Shown in pieces: positions 61,621 through 64,000 of a stretch of 64,000 nt of DNA (positions within the stretch are counted from its first letter, which is position 1; every line of letters begins with the position of its first letter). The position numbers and the translations under genes are program-made. The DNA comes from Piromyces finnis finn (taxonomy: Eukaryota; Fungi; Neocallimastigomycota), in assembly GCA_002104945.1 (NCBI GenBank), contig MCFH01000013.1:372001-436000 (forward strand), given 5' to 3'. The notes under the pieces are model-generated. The model had not been told where the DNA came from, made no database searches, and saw only the letters and a list, made by a program, of their open reading frames with translations.

Positions 61621-64000
61621 ATGCCAAAAAATCCGAGTTTAGTTTCTGGGAAAAGAAGATATAGCAAATATTATAATTCCTCAGTATATAATTCTTCATA
61701 CAGTTCAGATGAAAGTAATTCTTCATATAGTAGTTCTGATTTCTCAAATAATTCAAGTTATTCTTCAAATAATTCATATTCATCATCTGAATCAAATTCA
61801 TCAAATTCTTCAGATGAAGGAATAATTGATGCTGATGGAATTTCAGATGATAATTCTATTGTTTCTTCTGAATATTTATCTGGTTTTACTTCAAATAATG
61901 ACTCAGATGATAATCGTAATAATTTTATGAATGCTCGAATAGCGGCTTCAAAAGGTGGAAAATATAGTGCAGCATTTGGCAAAGGACCATATAGAGCAAA
62001 ATCATTACCACGAAAATCAATTCAAAATCTATATAATAAAAAAAAACATCATCATCATCATCATCACCATCATCATCATCACCACCACCATCATAAAAAC
62101 AAGGTTAGTGACGAAGCAGGAGAGAATATTAATAGTAATAAAGATATTACAAATAATGAAAATAAAATGTTAGAAGAGGATAATATTTTAATATCAAAAG
62201 ATGGTAATTCATTAACTGAGAATAAAAGTTATAATAGTTCCGAACAGTTATCATTGAATACAGAAAATGGAGATTCTGGTGAAATGTCATTAAAGCGTAG
62301 ATATAGTGCAGTAAAAAAGACATTTAGTAGAAAATCAAGGAAAAATATTCAACAATATAGATCAAAAACTGTTGTGCGAGGAAAATTTATTCGTCCATCT
62401 GATTATCGTAACTCCTTTTCATCCTCATCTTCATCATCATCTTCTGATTCAGAGAACCCTTACTCGTCTAATTATGAAGCAGATAATAACAATAGTAATA
62501 AAGGACTTTTAATAAATGAAAATAAACTAAATTCAAATGAAAATGAAATAACTTATAATAATGTAAATAATAATTCATCTAAACCTGAAAATATATATTG
62601 TATATGTAAACAACATATTGAAAATCAAAATAATAATATTATTAAATGTGGATTTTGTTCAGGTACTATTTTATATGAAAATTAAATATTTATTATAGTT
62701 TAGTATGATATGAATTAATATATATTGACATTGCTATATATAAATATACTGTAATTCTAATTTAAATTTATGTCCTATTTTGAAGATTTATTTCATATAA
62801 GTTGCTTAAGAAAAGAGTTTCAGAAGGTTAATGATATTATTTGTCCTACTTGTAATAAGGGTAAATTACCACAAATAAGCAATAGACCTATTAAGTATTC
62901 TAAAAAACCAATAAAGGGAAGAGGATCAAAAACATACAAATCAAAATCGCAGAAAAAAATTGCATTGAATGGTAAAATATTTATAATTATAATGATGGAA
63001 TAATTTTAGATTATAAATAATAATAAAACTAATATAAATTATTTTAGATGATATTGACGAAAAAAAAAATAATGTAGAATTTGAAGAGTTAAATCACATT
63101 GAAATAAATGGAATGAATGATCTCGATTTAGATTTTGAAGAAGAGGATGAAGAAATTGATATTGATATTGACATATGTCCTGTATGTGTGGGAGAATGCA
63201 CATGTGATCAAAAGGGTTTTTTAAATAACATATTACCATCTCCAAAATATCCAATTGAAATTGAAGAAGAGGAGGAAAAAGAAAATATAGTTGCAACGAA
63301 AGAAGATTCAATAACACCAATACAACAAATTAAGTCAAAAGAGTTTTTATCAAAAAAGAATGTATTAGTACCAGAAGAAAATCCATTTATGAAAGAGGAA
63401 TCAAATGAAAAGGCAATGAATCATAAAAGCAAGTCTAAGATAACGAAAGATAAAGAGGAGGAGAAATGTGAAAATCAAACAGTTGAACCAAAACAAATAA
63501 AAATCCCTCATAACAAGATTTCACAAAAAAATAAAGGACTTAAAAAGAAAGCTTCAAAAAAAAGTAAAACAACAAAAAAAGTAGAACCCCAAGTGATAAG
63601 TAAGAAAAAATAACAATTTTCAATTTTTATTTTATATAAAATATCAAATAATTTAAATGTTAAATTAATTATATTTTCATTTTAATTATTAAAATTATTC
63701 CTTTAATAGAAAAAGTAGAAGAAGAAGAGGAAGATATAGAGATATTTGATGATATGTATGATTTTGAACCACAAGAATCATCAGATGTAAATATAATTTA
63801 CAAGGAAATACAAGAGGAAGAAAATAATAAAAATATAAATATAAAAGATGATAAATTATCTTCAACATTAAGTGAATTATTTGGAGATGATTCCGATGAA
63901 GATGAAGAAATTTTTTCAAGTAGTACAATTAATGAAACAATAAAAATAGAGCAAAATGAAAAAGAGGATATAATAGATTTAGATTTATCAGATGGATTAT
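61621..64000 (+). CDS. Ser/His/acidic-rich protein with a PHD finger; continues beyond the window
   Basis: Splicing joins IYCICKQH...CGFCS to DLFHISCL...ICPTC, giving a C4HC3 PHD pattern. Also His16, Ser-rich tracts and a later CPVCVGECTC motif. No stop codon before 64000. Confidence 0.75.

Overview
Very AT-rich, intron-rich eukaryotic DNA. Composition, short introns, Asn-rich proteins and gene content suggest an anaerobic gut fungus (Neocallimastigomycota); this is inference. By reading splice sites manually I reconstructed 13 protein-coding genes, in order: samB/MUB1-like MYND protein, a Cys-rich membrane protein, ORC5, GRASP55/65 (GRH1), an ENPP/NPP phosphodiesterase, a coiled-coil protein, a PAS-kinase-like kinase, a DYRK1-like kinase, IMP1, ARI1, NTH1, a TPR/EF-hand protein and a PHD-finger protein that runs off the window. 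There is also a 5'-incomplete LINE (APE-RT-CCHC) broken by one 7-bp duplication, next to an older relic of the same family. The most striking object is the GRASP gene. Its canonical myristoylated double-PDZ domain splices in frame to a ~1,230-aa acidic tail. The tail carries ~32 tandem 13-aa repeats (22 DPF motifs) and then 11 W-x-F motifs ending at the C-terminus, which looks like a multivalent coat/adaptor-binding tether. No tRNA, rRNA or CRISPR array was recognised. Exon boundaries were read by eye and are not confirmed by RNA data.
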